Virus record (IMG/VR): IMGVR_UViG_3300032270_001357
Coordinates: 1-28,302 of that record
Length of the DNA stretch: 28,302 bases
Source: a virus
Lineage: Duplodnaviria; Caudoviricetes
Strand: one strand, 5' to 3'
The translations under genes and the position numbers were made by a program. This document shows, one piece after another, positions 8,654-18,405 of this stretch. The notes beneath the pieces are model-generated. The model made no database searches and was not told where the DNA came from. It saw only the letters and a program-made list of their open reading frames with translations. The stretch's first letter is position 1. The number at the start of each line of letters is the position of its first letter.

Positions 8654-11600
8654 TTATTCTGTGTATCCTAAACGTTTTAACATTTCAATTATTTTTGGTG
8701 TAGGTTGAATATCAACGTGAGTTCCTCCACCAGTAGCATGAGCAAATATTCCATACTGAGAATAATTTTTAGCAGGTTGGCTTTTTACATTTGATCCAGA
8801 AGTTGGTTTACCTCCAGGAAGACCAAATACTTTTTTCCATAAACTTCCATTAATACCCTTTTTTATATCAGGATAACGGGAAATGATATCATTAATTAAT
8901 GATTCTAAAGATTGAATTTGTCTATCTGTAAATTCTTGAGTGTATTGGGTTCCATTATATTTGAATCCTAAATCAATAACCTCATTTATTTTTACTGTAG
9001 GAAAAGTTTTACTATTACCTGTTGCTCCATTAACATTAATAGCACTAAATGCTCCTACTACTTCAATACCAACACCCCATTCATTCCAATTATCACCATG
9101 AACTGATATTTTTAATTCAGGTACACCAGAAGCTGTTCCACCAGACCTATCAACAGCATAATGTATGCCTGATTTGTTCCACCAATCGAATCCCTTATTT
9201 TTAAGAGTATTTGCTAAAGTAGGACCTCCAACCCAATCTACTGTTTGTTGAGCTGTGGAAGTTGGGGCACCATCAGTTACGTGTAAAATAATAGATTTAA
9301 CGGTAGATCTGTCTCTAAATTGAGGTTCATTTCCGGTCCAAACATCACCTGAGTTGTTATTGCTAATAATAGCTGATATTATTTTATTGTATTTTGTGTC
9401 ATCAACAAAATTAGCTGTACGAGAAGAAGCAACTGCTAAACTTTGAATCTTAGTAGTCCATTTATTATCACTAATAACATGACTTACTGCTTTTACAATA
9501 AAATCTAAATTTGCAAAATTTGGAGGTAATACTTTATCATCGGCTGTATATCTTTCGTATAATTTAATACCTCCTAACCCCATAATAGTTAAACCTAAAT
9601 CAAAAGGAATAACATTTTTTGGAGTTCTTTTTCCTTCTTTTACTTGATATGAAATAAGATATTTTCCTACTGTTGTTAAAACATTTCCAAATTCTCCTAT
9701 TTTTTCAGTATCTATACTTTGGGTTGGGCCATAAAAAGCTATAGCTAATTCATTTAATTTTTGATATTCTTCTTGGTTAAAAGAATTAGGTTCTTTTTGT
9801 TCTTTAGTAAGACCTAAAAGATTTTGTGAGTATTTATTTTTAAATGTTCTATCTATTAATCCTTTATTATAAGTAGCTAATGCTGTTGTATCTTCTCCTA
9901 AAACATCTCCTCCTCCAGAAGAAGCATTTACTACAGCATTTGCTTGGAATTTAGAATCTAAAGTAACATTAAATTCTACATTTTCAACAAAACTACCTTC
10001 TTGTCCATCACCTTTAGGATTAAAACCATATATATTAAATTGAGCTGGGTTTTCTGCAACTCTAGCATCACCAGATTTTACATAAGCTAATTCTTTTATA
10101 GTTATTTTATTTCTTAAAGAATCGTAAGATACTTCCCAATCATTAATATATCCTAAAGCCGCTTTTATTCCATTCATTAAGTGTTTTAAATAATCAAATA
10201 ATGAAATATTTCCATCAACATCTGTATATTGCACAGCAGCTACAGAAGCAAAATTTATATTTACAAAAATATTCATAGTATTCCCTAAAAAATCAGATTT
10301 TTTAAAGGGAAATTCTGTAGTTAATACGTTTTCAGGAGTTGAATCCTTTCCATTTGAAAGAGTTCCTAAAACTATGTCTGGGTTTTCTACTACACATATA
10401 GTAGGGTCACTAGACATTGAATATCTATGTCTAGTACAAACATTGTTAGTTGTTTCATAGTCAATTTCAAAAATAGCGGTTTTATCATCATTATACATTA
10501 GTAAATTATTACTAATAAATTGTAATAAAGTTCCTAATCTAATATAGGTTTCTGTACCGGGTTGATTAATAGTTGTTACACTTTTATCTTTACTATTAAC
10601 TTCTTGTTTTTGATTTTTTGTACTAGTTAAAAAACCTTTTCTATATAAACCTCTATCAGAATATAATAAATCATATGTAGATTGACCAGGATCATTATCT
10701 TGTTTATAATTATCCATAGTTTTACTTTCATTATCTAACCAATAATTTAATATATTAGCAAATCTTAAAGCACCAGTTAAATTATCTGGGGTTGGTGTTG
10801 CACCAGCTAGTTTTAACTTAAGTTCTGCTTCTGTTGATGTAACAATTGCTGTGGCTTCATCAATACGAGACAAACGGTTAGCATTAGCGGTTGTTGTTTT
10901 GATTGGTACTCCATTGGGACCAACGTATGTTACTGTTAGTTGAGCAGTATTATCTGATGTATTACTTTCAGCATAATCTACAGCAGCTTTAGTACTATTT
11001 TCATATGCTAAAGTTTCAGCGGCTTCGGCTCGAGTTTCAGCTTCTAATTTATCTAATGCTGCTTTTTCTTTTTCTAATCTAGCTTGTAATTCTGCTATAA
11101 CGGCTGATACTCCTGGTTGGTATTTGGCATTAGATGAGGATGTGTTTAATTTTAAAGATTCAGCTAATAAACCAACAGATTGCATATATATTGTTATGCT
11201 GTAAGTTCCATCAGGATTAAATTTATAATTAAAATTTGATACTGGGCCAAACATACCTTCATAATTTCCAGAACGGGCTAAAGAATCATTATGGATTATT
11301 TTAGCCATAGTTCCTACATTAAATTGTTTACCAGAAAATAATTTTGTAAAAGCAGAAGTATCATTAAAATTTGCTTGAATAATAGCTTTGTTTGAATTAG
11401 ATGGATAAAGTGAATGTCCCCATTCTAGTAACAAATTATATCCTGGGTGTAAATAAAGGGCTTCAATAATTGCTAATTGTTCTCTAGTAAATGCTATAAT
11501 TTCTATTTCGGCCTTAGCATTAGTACCTCGGTTAAGATAAGTTATATTAACTGATTTTATTCCGGGCATTGGTCTAATGCCTTGGGTTAAACCTCCAAAT

Positions 11601-12043
11601 CCATAGGTAAAATCATTAATTAAATCTCCATCGGGATTAACATTTATAAAATAATCACTATTTAATGAACGTAAATTAGATGTTAAAATATCTTTTTGAT
11701 CTATATTTTCATTAACAGCTTTAGAAACACCTCCAAAAAGAATAAAGTTTTTAGCTAATTTATCTCCAGTATATTCTAAAGGATTAGTAATATTAGGAAA
11801 TATCTTTTTTATTAAAGTATTACCTGCTCCAGTAACTTCTCCTTTTGAATTTTGAGTAATATCTAAATTAATAGAAGAAGCCAAACGTATCCAAGATGAA
11901 TTATTAAATTTCCATTGTTGAACATCTGAACGAGAGTTTAATCTAGGATTGTTTCCTAAATAAAGTTGTCTTAACTCAATTTGATCTATAACAGATGGAT
12001 CAAATGGTGGATATGAAAATGCTTTAGAATCATTATTAGCCAT
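8654..12043 (-). CDS. Baseplate hub-like protein with C-terminal N-acetylmuramoyl-L-alanine amidase (Amidase_2-like) domain
   Basis: Follows the LysM wedge gene. N-terminal RPMPGIKSVNI, YLHPGYNLLLEWG, FNPDGTY segments; F-I-V...VSHVISDNKWTT hub-like end; C-terminal SIILHVT...HYAVDRSG...HGDNWN...GIEVV...FTDRQ...AH amidase pattern. Confidence 0.7.
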   Translation of the reverse strand: MANNDSKAFSYPPFDPSVIDQIELRQLYLGNNPRLNSRSDVQQWKFNNSSWIRLASSINLDITQNSKGEVTGAGNTLIKKIFPNITNPLEYTGDKLAKNFILFGGVSKAVNENIDQKDILTSNLRSLNSDYFINVNPDGDLINDFTYGFGGLTQGIRPMPGIKSVNITYLNRGTNAKAEIEIIAFTREQLAIIEALYLHPGYNLLLEWGHSLYPSNSNKAIIQANFNDTSAFTKLFSGKQFNVGTMAKIIHNDSLARSGNYEGMFGPVSNFNYKFNPDGTYSITIYMQSVGLLAESLKLNTSSSNAKYQPGVSAVIAELQARLEKEKAALDKLEAETRAEAAETLAYENSTKAAVDYAESNTSDNTAQLTVTYVGPNGVPIKTTTANANRLSRIDEATAIVTSTEAELKLKLAGATPTPDNLTGALRFANILNYWLDNESKTMDNYKQDNDPGQSTYDLLYSDRGLYRKGFLTSTKNQKQEVNSKDKSVTTINQPGTETYIRLGTLLQFISNNLLMYNDDKTAIFEIDYETTNNVCTRHRYSMSSDPTICVVENPDIVLGTLSNGKDSTPENVLTTEFPFKKSDFLGNTMNIFVNINFASVAAVQYTDVDGNISLFDYLKHLMNGIKAALGYINDWEVSYDSLRNKITIKELAYVKSGDARVAENPAQFNIYGFNPKGDGQEGSFVENVEFNVTLDSKFQANAVVNASSGGGDVLGEDTTALATYNKGLIDRTFKNKYSQNLLGLTKEQKEPNSFNQEEYQKLNELAIAFYGPTQSIDTEKIGEFGNVLTTVGKYLISYQVKEGKRTPKNVIPFDLGLTIMGLGGIKLYERYTADDKVLPPNFANLDFIVKAVSHVISDNKWTTKIQSLAVASSRTANFVDDTKYNKIISAIISNNNSGDVWTGNEPQFRDRSTVKSIILHVTDGAPTSTAQQTVDWVGGPTLANTLKNKGFDWWNKSGIHYAVDRSGGTASGVPELKISVHGDNWNEWGVGIEVVGAFSAINVNGATGNSKTFPTVKINEVIDLGFKYNGTQYTQEFTDRQIQSLESLINDIISRYPDIKKGINGSLWKKVFGLPGGKPTSGSNVKSQPAKNYSQYGIFAHATGGGTHVDIQPTPKIIEMLKRLGYTE

Positions 12044-12051
12044 AACTTGTA

Positions 12052-12360
12052 TTAACTATTGACTGCTTGAAAATTAGATAGTATATTATTAAGATTAGAA
12101 GGAATTCTAATCTGAGTACCAGGAGCTATAAATAATGAACCTGGGTTTGTTTTGTTTGGATTTGCTATAGCTATTATCCAATAATATTGTGAGGAATTAT
12201 AAAATCTAGTAGATAATAAATCTAATCTGTCTCCAGATGTAGTAATAACATATATGTCATTAGTATTAATAGGAATAGATAAATATAAGGGATTTTTATA
12301 ATATGATATTAATGTTTGATCATTAGTAGGTTGTTGTAATATTTTAGAATATCTTTTCAT
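12052..12360 (-). CDS. LysM-domain baseplate wedge protein (T4 gp53 / P2 gpX-like)
   Basis: YVITTSGDRLDLLSTRFY...YWIIAIAN...PGTQIRIP pattern; position between tube initiator and hub. Confidence 0.82.
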   Translation of the reverse strand: MKRYSKILQQPTNDQTLISYYKNPLYLSIPINTNDIYVITTSGDRLDLLSTRFYNSSQYYWIIAIANPNKTNPGSLFIAPGTQIRIPSNLNNILSNFQAVNS

Positions 12361-12362
12361 TT

Positions 12363-14153
12363 TTATAATCCTCCATTAATAATTTTAGTTTCATATCCTT
12401 CGTTATCTTGACCTAAACTAATAAACGGACTTGTAACTTTTCCATTGGTTGCTATACTACCATTAGCATCTACTGAAGTAACAAAATTATCTGATTTTCT
12501 TGGTAAGAAATTATGAACAGGAACAAATGACAATTGAACTTCTACAACTAAAGGTACTATTGGAGAATCTAAATCTCTTGTTCCATATTTTGCACCACTA
12601 TTTGGGTCATTGTATCTTCCTGTATTCCAAGGAGTATTATTAGATATAGTATAAGTTAAATTAGTCATAAAACCAGGAACAGCAGATAAATAATCTCCTA
12701 TTGTTAATTTAATAAAATTTCCTCGCATATACCCGGCTGATGAATAATCTGGTGCTGTAAGTGATGCTAAATAATTTAATTTACTATATAATGGTTTTAA
12801 TTCGGGTTGGCTTTCAACGGCTACTTTAAAACTTAAAGTTAAATTTCTTGTAAAATTATTAAAAACATAAAAGTTTTCTCCTCTTCCAGAATATGTAAAT
12901 GAATTCCAGTTTGATTGAAAATTATCTCCTAAATTTTCTATATATGCTCTAAAATGAATAAAATCATATAATGAAGGAACATTATTATTTACTACTTGAA
13001 AATAAAAAGGAATTAAATCAGAATTAGCTGTTGTTGTTTCAACTTGATTGCTATTATATATTGATTTAGCATTAATTTTATCAACTGTATCTGTTGCAGC
13101 TGAACCTGTGTTTTCGTTAGTTACATTTTTTTCCCTAATACCAGGGTCTGAAATTCCAAAAGTGCGTTGAAGATTATATTCAATATAATTACTTTTAGCT
13201 AAAAAACTCTTAAAAGCAGTAGTTTGAGGAACATCTAATCTAAAATCATTAATAGCACTAAATCCTGTGTCTCCTGATTTAATAGAAGAGGTAGTGTTAT
13301 TTAAAGTAACAGATGTAAAAGAACTAAAATATAAATTACCATTATTTATTTTATTTTTTTGGGTAAAAAACCTATTTTCCGTTGTTGTATTTACATCCCT
13401 TTTTCTATCATTTAAACCTAAAGTACTATTTATAATAACAAAATCATCATTTTTTATACCAAATTGTTTAGCTATTTCAGGATTAACAATTTTTGAATCA
13501 CTACCATAATAAATTTTTCCTATTTTAGTATTATATAAAATAGTTAACCTATTAGTAGGAACAGTATTATATTCGGTTTGGGTTAAATTTAAATATGAAT
13601 TTTCATTTATTAATCCTTGAGCAGCAAAAGGATTTATACCCATTTTATTAACATGTAAACCAAAAGGATTACCAGCGGCTTGAGCTAACGTAGAAGCAGG
13701 TGTATAAATATTTTTTGGATAAATGTTATTAGGTAAATATACTGGGGATGATTTAGCTAAAACGTTTTGTTGTCCTACCCATAATTGACCTTTAGTTGTT
13801 TTAAAGAAGTTAGATAATCTAATTTCATCTTCTTCAATAGATTTAGGTAATAAGAATCCACCTCTAATATAAAAATCAGGACCTCCTGTTTGACCTATGT
13901 CTTCCATAGGTAAATCAAATACCTTTTTAGTATCTACTTTAAAATAAGGTTGTTCACTAATACCTGCTCCTGGTCTATCATATTGTGGAGGTGTTCCAAA
14001 ATTTAAACTTTTTTGTAAAAATCCAGTATTAACAGCGTATGGTAAAAAGGATACATTAGGCCCAGGATTTTGAGCACTTGCCTTATACTTATTGGCATAA
14101 GGATAATCCTTATAAAAGGAATTTATATCAGCTAAGAGTTTTACTAAACTCAT
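12363..14153 (-). CDS. Baseplate / tail-tube initiator-like structural protein
   Basis: C-terminal FRAYI...WNSFTYSGRGENFY...RNLTLSFKV...KLTIGD resembles tube-initiator (gp48/gp54-like) folds; lies between tape measure and LysM gene. Confidence 0.6.
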   Translation of the reverse strand: MSLVKLLADINSFYKDYPYANKYKASAQNPGPNVSFLPYAVNTGFLQKSLNFGTPPQYDRPGAGISEQPYFKVDTKKVFDLPMEDIGQTGGPDFYIRGGFLLPKSIEEDEIRLSNFFKTTKGQLWVGQQNVLAKSSPVYLPNNIYPKNIYTPASTLAQAAGNPFGLHVNKMGINPFAAQGLINENSYLNLTQTEYNTVPTNRLTILYNTKIGKIYYGSDSKIVNPEIAKQFGIKNDDFVIINSTLGLNDRKRDVNTTTENRFFTQKNKINNGNLYFSSFTSVTLNNTTSSIKSGDTGFSAINDFRLDVPQTTAFKSFLAKSNYIEYNLQRTFGISDPGIREKNVTNENTGSAATDTVDKINAKSIYNSNQVETTTANSDLIPFYFQVVNNNVPSLYDFIHFRAYIENLGDNFQSNWNSFTYSGRGENFYVFNNFTRNLTLSFKVAVESQPELKPLYSKLNYLASLTAPDYSSAGYMRGNFIKLTIGDYLSAVPGFMTNLTYTISNNTPWNTGRYNDPNSGAKYGTRDLDSPIVPLVVEVQLSFVPVHNFLPRKSDNFVTSVDANGSIATNGKVTSPFISLGQDNEGYETKIINGGL

Positions 14154-14158
14154 TATTT

Positions 14159-14476
14159 TTATTTGGGAGGATTATCTAAATATTTACTTGGTGTTTTACC
14201 ATCTAAATCTAATTGAGACAAAGTTAAATCTTGTCTAAAATTAGAAGCTCCATCATATGGTTGAGGGTTTTTTTCTAAATCATAAAATGAAGATCCTACT
14301 CTAGATTTTAAAGCAGACATCTGATCATATGGTTTGGGGTTTTTACCATCTAAATCTAATTGAGACAAAGTTAAATCTTGTTTATAATTAGAAGTTCCAT
14401 TATATGGTTTTGGATTTTTACCATCTAAATCAGTTAGTAATGATCCTTGAGTTTTTAATAAATCTAAAAGTGCCAT
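14159..14476 (-). CDS. Small repeat protein (4 x DLDGKxPxxY-like), probably a tail component
   Basis: Internal repeats visible in translation; own late-type promoter motif; lies in the tail module. Confidence 0.75.
   Translation of the reverse strand: MALLDLLKTQGSLLTDLDGKNPKPYNGTSNYKQDLTLSQLDLDGKNPKPYDQMSALKSRVGSSFYDLEKNPQPYDGASNFRQDLTLSQLDLDGKTPSKYLDNPPK
14194..14381. repeat. Intragenic tandem duplication, 147-bp period, with an exact 41-bp core
   Basis: ttttaccatctaaatctaattgagacaaagttaaatcttgt occurs at 14194-14234 and 14341-14381; flanks match imperfectly. Confidence 0.9.
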
Positions 14477-14485
14477 AGTATTTTT

Positions 14486-14497
14486 GTTATAAATATT
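14486..14497 (-). promoter_or_regulatory. Putative late promoter AATATTTATAAC
   Basis: Identical 12-mer occurs upstream of genes at 14476, 17331 and 18958. Confidence 0.6.
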
Positions 14498-14508
14498 GTT
14501 AAATTAAA

Positions 14509-17331
14509 TTATTGCATTTGATAGTTATCAAATCCTACACCTACACCAACTTGGTTACCATTCATCATAATAGGTTTAGATGTAGACACAGCATTATATA
14601 TACCTTCTAATAATGAATTTGTTTTTTCAACTCCATCTCCTTGCATTGACGTAGATGGTGATCCAAAACTTTGATATTTAGATACTAAAGAAGTGGTGGA
14701 TTTTGCTTTAGATACATTATTATTATTTGCAACAGCATCTTTTAATTGTTTTCTAGCTACTGCTTCTTCGCTTTTTCTTTTATCAATATCTGATAATCCA
14801 CTTATAAGACCAATAGCACCTCCTATAATACCACCAATTGCTGTACCTACTACAGGAATTACACTACCAATAGCAGCACCTGTAAGAGCACCACTAGCAG
14901 TACCACCAATAACATCAGTAGCATCTGAAGCTGTAGTAGCTTCTCCGTTTGGACCTTTAAATTTATCTGATATCATACTGGTTAAAGGATCTATTGCTAA
15001 ACCAGCTATTAATCCACCAGGACCCCCAGCAAATTTACCTAATTTAGATGCTCCAAATTTACCAAAACCTCTCATTAAACTAGTACCTCTACCTACTGGA
15101 GCCGCCATTCTTTTAGCACTAAATACAGCATCTGAAGCTGCGCCTTTAAGTAATGTACCAGATTTACTATATGCTTTACCATTTAAAGTATAAGCACCAC
15201 TTTTAGTAAATTCTTTATAAGATCCAGGAGCATATTGACTTAATCTATCTGTTAATCCAGAAAGCATTCCACCACCTCCAGATGATCCACCACCGCCACC
15301 AAAACCAACTTCTTTAGTATACATTGGACTCATAGCTGATGATCCTGGTTGGCCAAATACTAAATTTTTAACTGAAGTTAAAGCTTTTAACCCAACAAGT
15401 CCACGTAAAATTGTTAAAACAGTTTTACTTGTTAAAATTTCTATGGCTTTTCCTATACCTGAAGCTAATGTTTTAACTCCATCGATGAATTTTTTTAATC
15501 CACCACCTTTAATAAAATTATCAAATCTATCAGCAAATTTTTCAAAATAAGGAGCTAATTCAGTAACAAAAGCAGCCTTAAATTTATCCATTAAATTATT
15601 AAGTTTTTCTTGAAATGAAAGATTTAATGCTTTATCTTTTAATTCTTTACCACCTAATTTTTGGATTTGTTCTAATGTAAGTTTTCTATTTGCAAACTTT
15701 TGAGCTAATTCTTCTTCACTTCTTACTCCTACTTTATCAAGTTTATCTTGCATTTCTTTGTTTTCCAACATTTCTGCAAGTTGGTCACGAGATAAACCAT
15801 AAGCTGCTGCTAAAGTTTCAGCTTCAATTCTGCTCATTTTTTGGAACTGAGCAGCCGTTCCTATATCTTTAGATAATACAGCGGCTAATTTTTCTGTTTG
15901 GTTAGTATTAGCATAATAACGAGCTGCTTCTAAATTTAATTCTCTACCAGTTATTAATTCTGCTGATTGTTCAGCGGCAATAGAGGATTCTATATTTAAT
16001 AAATTATCAGCAATTCCTTCAAGTTGGCTTATTTCTACACCTAACTTTTTAGCTTGAATAACTGATTGTATTAATTCTTCTGTACCTCCTCTTAATGATA
16101 ATCTTTGGGCAGCTGTTGACTTAGCAATACCCTCCATAATTGTTTTTTCACTTAAAGAAGTACCAAGTTGTTCTTTTTGATATTTTGTTTGACCAAGTAT
16201 TTCCTCAGTTGTCTTTTTAAAAGACTTTCCAGTTACTAAAGATAATTTATAAAAAGTACCAGCTGTTTCTTTACTAACTCCTAAAGCTTTAGTTAAATCA
16301 GTATATGTAGTTAATGTTTCTGATGAAAGATTAGCAAAAGTTCCTGTTACATTATTTAAATCTATAAAAGCTTCACTTATATTAGGAACAGTAGCAGATA
16401 AACTTTCACTAGAAGAAGATATATCTAAAAATTGTTTTTGAAGTTGATCTCCTTCTTTTCTAGCTATACCAAAATTTCTAGCTAAATCAACACCTGCTTG
16501 AGAAAAAGCAGTAAATGTAGTATATAATTTACTAAAAGCTGTTGTTAAAAGACCCATTATAACTACCGGATCTTTTAATGCTGAGCCTATTCCCTTAAAT
16601 ATTTCTTTAATACCTGTTCCTAAAACTTTAAAAGCGTTTCCTGATTTAGCTGCTTCTCTGAGGTTTTTATTCATGTCCTCAAAGTGTTCACTTTCAATTC
16701 CTATTTTTTGTAAAGTTCCTTGAATACCTTTAAATAAAGCCCCAGTAATACCTAAAGTTTTTTGGATTTCTTTTTCGGTTTGTAAAGTTTTTTCAGTTTC
16801 CTTTAAAAGGTCTTTTAAATATGATTTATTATCTCTTAAAGCTTGGTTTACTTCTTTATATACTGTTTTTTGTTTATCTGTAGCTTTTCCTGAGTCTACT
16901 AATAACTTAAGTTCATCTCTTTGAAGTTTTAATTTTTCATATTCTAATTCTACTTGTCTAGAAGTAGCTTTTAATTGTTTTACTGTTAAAACATCTTCTT
17001 CTTTTCTATGATAAAGTAATTTATTTGAAATTCCTTCTAATTTACTAAAAGAATTAGTTATTATTTTAGCAGGATCTGTTGCTCCTTGTAAATCTTTTAC
17101 TACATTTCTTAAAGTAGTAGATATATTACCAAAAACATTTTTTAAATCACTTGCTTCGTTTGATAATTGTTTTAAAAATTTCTGAGCTTCTTTTATGTCT
17201 CCGTTAAAGCCATCAAATATTTTATCTAAATTTTTATAAGCATCTCCCCCTAATGATTTTATCTCATTATTAAGAGCATTAATTTGTTTTTTTAATTCTG
17301 ATAATTGTTTGTCTTTGTCTTTCTCGGTCAT
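14509..17331 (-). CDS. Tape measure protein
   Basis: 940 aa, long helical/coiled-coil character, Gly-rich hydrophobic C-terminal segments; canonical position after tube and chaperone genes. Confidence 0.85.
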   Translation of the reverse strand: MTEKDKDKQLSELKKQINALNNEIKSLGGDAYKNLDKIFDGFNGDIKEAQKFLKQLSNEASDLKNVFGNISTTLRNVVKDLQGATDPAKIITNSFSKLEGISNKLLYHRKEEDVLTVKQLKATSRQVELEYEKLKLQRDELKLLVDSGKATDKQKTVYKEVNQALRDNKSYLKDLLKETEKTLQTEKEIQKTLGITGALFKGIQGTLQKIGIESEHFEDMNKNLREAAKSGNAFKVLGTGIKEIFKGIGSALKDPVVIMGLLTTAFSKLYTTFTAFSQAGVDLARNFGIARKEGDQLQKQFLDISSSSESLSATVPNISEAFIDLNNVTGTFANLSSETLTTYTDLTKALGVSKETAGTFYKLSLVTGKSFKKTTEEILGQTKYQKEQLGTSLSEKTIMEGIAKSTAAQRLSLRGGTEELIQSVIQAKKLGVEISQLEGIADNLLNIESSIAAEQSAELITGRELNLEAARYYANTNQTEKLAAVLSKDIGTAAQFQKMSRIEAETLAAAYGLSRDQLAEMLENKEMQDKLDKVGVRSEEELAQKFANRKLTLEQIQKLGGKELKDKALNLSFQEKLNNLMDKFKAAFVTELAPYFEKFADRFDNFIKGGGLKKFIDGVKTLASGIGKAIEILTSKTVLTILRGLVGLKALTSVKNLVFGQPGSSAMSPMYTKEVGFGGGGGSSGGGGMLSGLTDRLSQYAPGSYKEFTKSGAYTLNGKAYSKSGTLLKGAASDAVFSAKRMAAPVGRGTSLMRGFGKFGASKLGKFAGGPGGLIAGLAIDPLTSMISDKFKGPNGEATTASDATDVIGGTASGALTGAAIGSVIPVVGTAIGGIIGGAIGLISGLSDIDKRKSEEAVARKQLKDAVANNNNVSKAKSTTSLVSKYQSFGSPSTSMQGDGVEKTNSLLEGIYNAVSTSKPIMMNGNQVGVGVGFDNYQMQ

Positions 17332-17346
17332 TATAGAATATTATAT

Positions 17347-17358
17347 GTTATAAATATT
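17347..17358 (-). promoter_or_regulatory. Putative late promoter AATATTTATAAC
   Basis: Intergenic, 15 nt from the tape measure ATG; same 12-mer as at 14486 and 18979. Confidence 0.6.
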
Positions 17359-17359
17359 A

Positions 17360-17385
17360 AGAGGCATCATTTTTTTGATGCCTCT
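17360..17385. terminator. Hairpin / probable terminator over the stop codon of the gp51-like ORF
   Basis: Perfect 10-bp inverted repeat AGAGGCATCA-N6-TGATGCCTCT. Confidence 0.6.
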
Positions 17386-17609
17386 GTTTTATATAATACT
17401 TTTTGTTTTGGTTGAGCGCCTGCTTTTAAATTAGCTATTGACTTTTGTACAGCAGCATCTTGGTCACTACTGTTTTCTTTGTCGTAATGTTTTTTCATTT
17501 TACTAAAAATGAAATTTCTCAACCATAAAGGTAAATTATAAACTGTTTCGAAATCATATCCTCCCTGTCCCCAAAAACATATTTCATGTAATTGAGTAAA
17601 AAGAGCCAT
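17367..17609 (-). CDS. T4 gp51-like / tail assembly chaperone second frame (may be made as a frameshift fusion with 17629..18375)
   Basis: LFTQLHEICFWGQGGYDFETVYNLPLWLRNF pattern. Nearest ATG is at 17609, but the frame stays open back through the T7 run at 17643-17649. Confidence 0.7.
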   Translation of the reverse strand: MALFTQLHEICFWGQGGYDFETVYNLPLWLRNFIFSKMKKHYDKENSSDQDAAVQKSIANLKAGAQPKQKVLYKTEASKK

Positions 17610-17628
17610 TCTTTCTTCTGCTACTGAA

Positions 17629-18375
17629 TTAGGATTCAGGCCAAAAAAAGTTAAGAGTAACGGGGATGGTGACTTCCTCCTCAAAGCCGTCTTCATCCTT
17701 ATGGTTTATAGTCATATTTACGTCGGGTTGAAAATTTTTAATATGATCACGCAACGCTCTAGAGTCTTTTGCTAATAGATAATTATCTACGAATTCACGT
17801 ACAACTTTTTGTTCATAGTTACCGTCAACAGATAAAATTAAATGTTTTAATCTTGTACTTAATTCTGGGGATAAGTCTTTATTGATTTTTCTTAAACCTT
17901 CTAATTCAGCATCAATTGCTTTTTCTGCTTTACCATCTAATAATTTAAAAGAAATTTCTATTTTAGAATTTGGTAAAACAAATTTAAATTCATTTTTACC
18001 TTTTTCAAAATTTTCATCACCAAAAAATTTATTTTCAAGAGTAGTTAAATCAACATTGTAATCTGTTCCATATAATGAAAATTTATAATCTCCACCATAA
18101 CCTAAAATACGAGCAGCAACTAAAAGGGCATTTTTATCACCCACAATTAAATCATCTAATTCAATACCTTCAGTAACAACAAGTGATTTTAATAATTTAT
18201 CAAACACAACACCTTTTTTGATGTATGCCTGATTTGTTAAAATATCTTCTTCTTTTGCTGTCATATATTTCATCTCTACAGTACCTTTTGATAAGGGGGA
18301 GGATGAGGAATAGACTAAACCTTTTGATGGTAATTCCACGGTTTCGGTCGGGAATTTAAATTTATTTTCTTCCAT
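17629..18375 (-). CDS. T4 gp26-like baseplate hub assembly / tail chaperone protein
   Basis: ETVELPSKG, MKYMTAKEEDIL, LIVGDKNALLVAARILGYG and terminal NFFWP; directly after the tube gene. Confidence 0.78.
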   Translation of the reverse strand: MEENKFKFPTETVELPSKGLVYSSSSPLSKGTVEMKYMTAKEEDILTNQAYIKKGVVFDKLLKSLVVTEGIELDDLIVGDKNALLVAARILGYGGDYKFSLYGTDYNVDLTTLENKFFGDENFEKGKNEFKFVLPNSKIEISFKLLDGKAEKAIDAELEGLRKINKDLSPELSTRLKHLILSVDGNYEQKVVREFVDNYLLAKDSRALRDHIKNFQPDVNMTINHKDEDGFEEEVTIPVTLNFFWPES

Positions 18376-18405
18376 AATCTGTTTGGTTATAACTTTATTG
18401 TCATA

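Noticed and set aside
13267-15872. Plus-strand ORFs 13267..13509, 14693..15193 and 15690..15872
   Set aside because: Antisense shadows; the Pro/Ala-rich 166-aa ORF mirrors the Gly/Ala codons of the tape measure.
17610-17696. ATG at 17696 as start of the 109-aa ORF
   Set aside because: Lies 68 nt inside the upstream gene and gives an implausible N-terminus; the ATG at 17609 or a frameshift is more likely.
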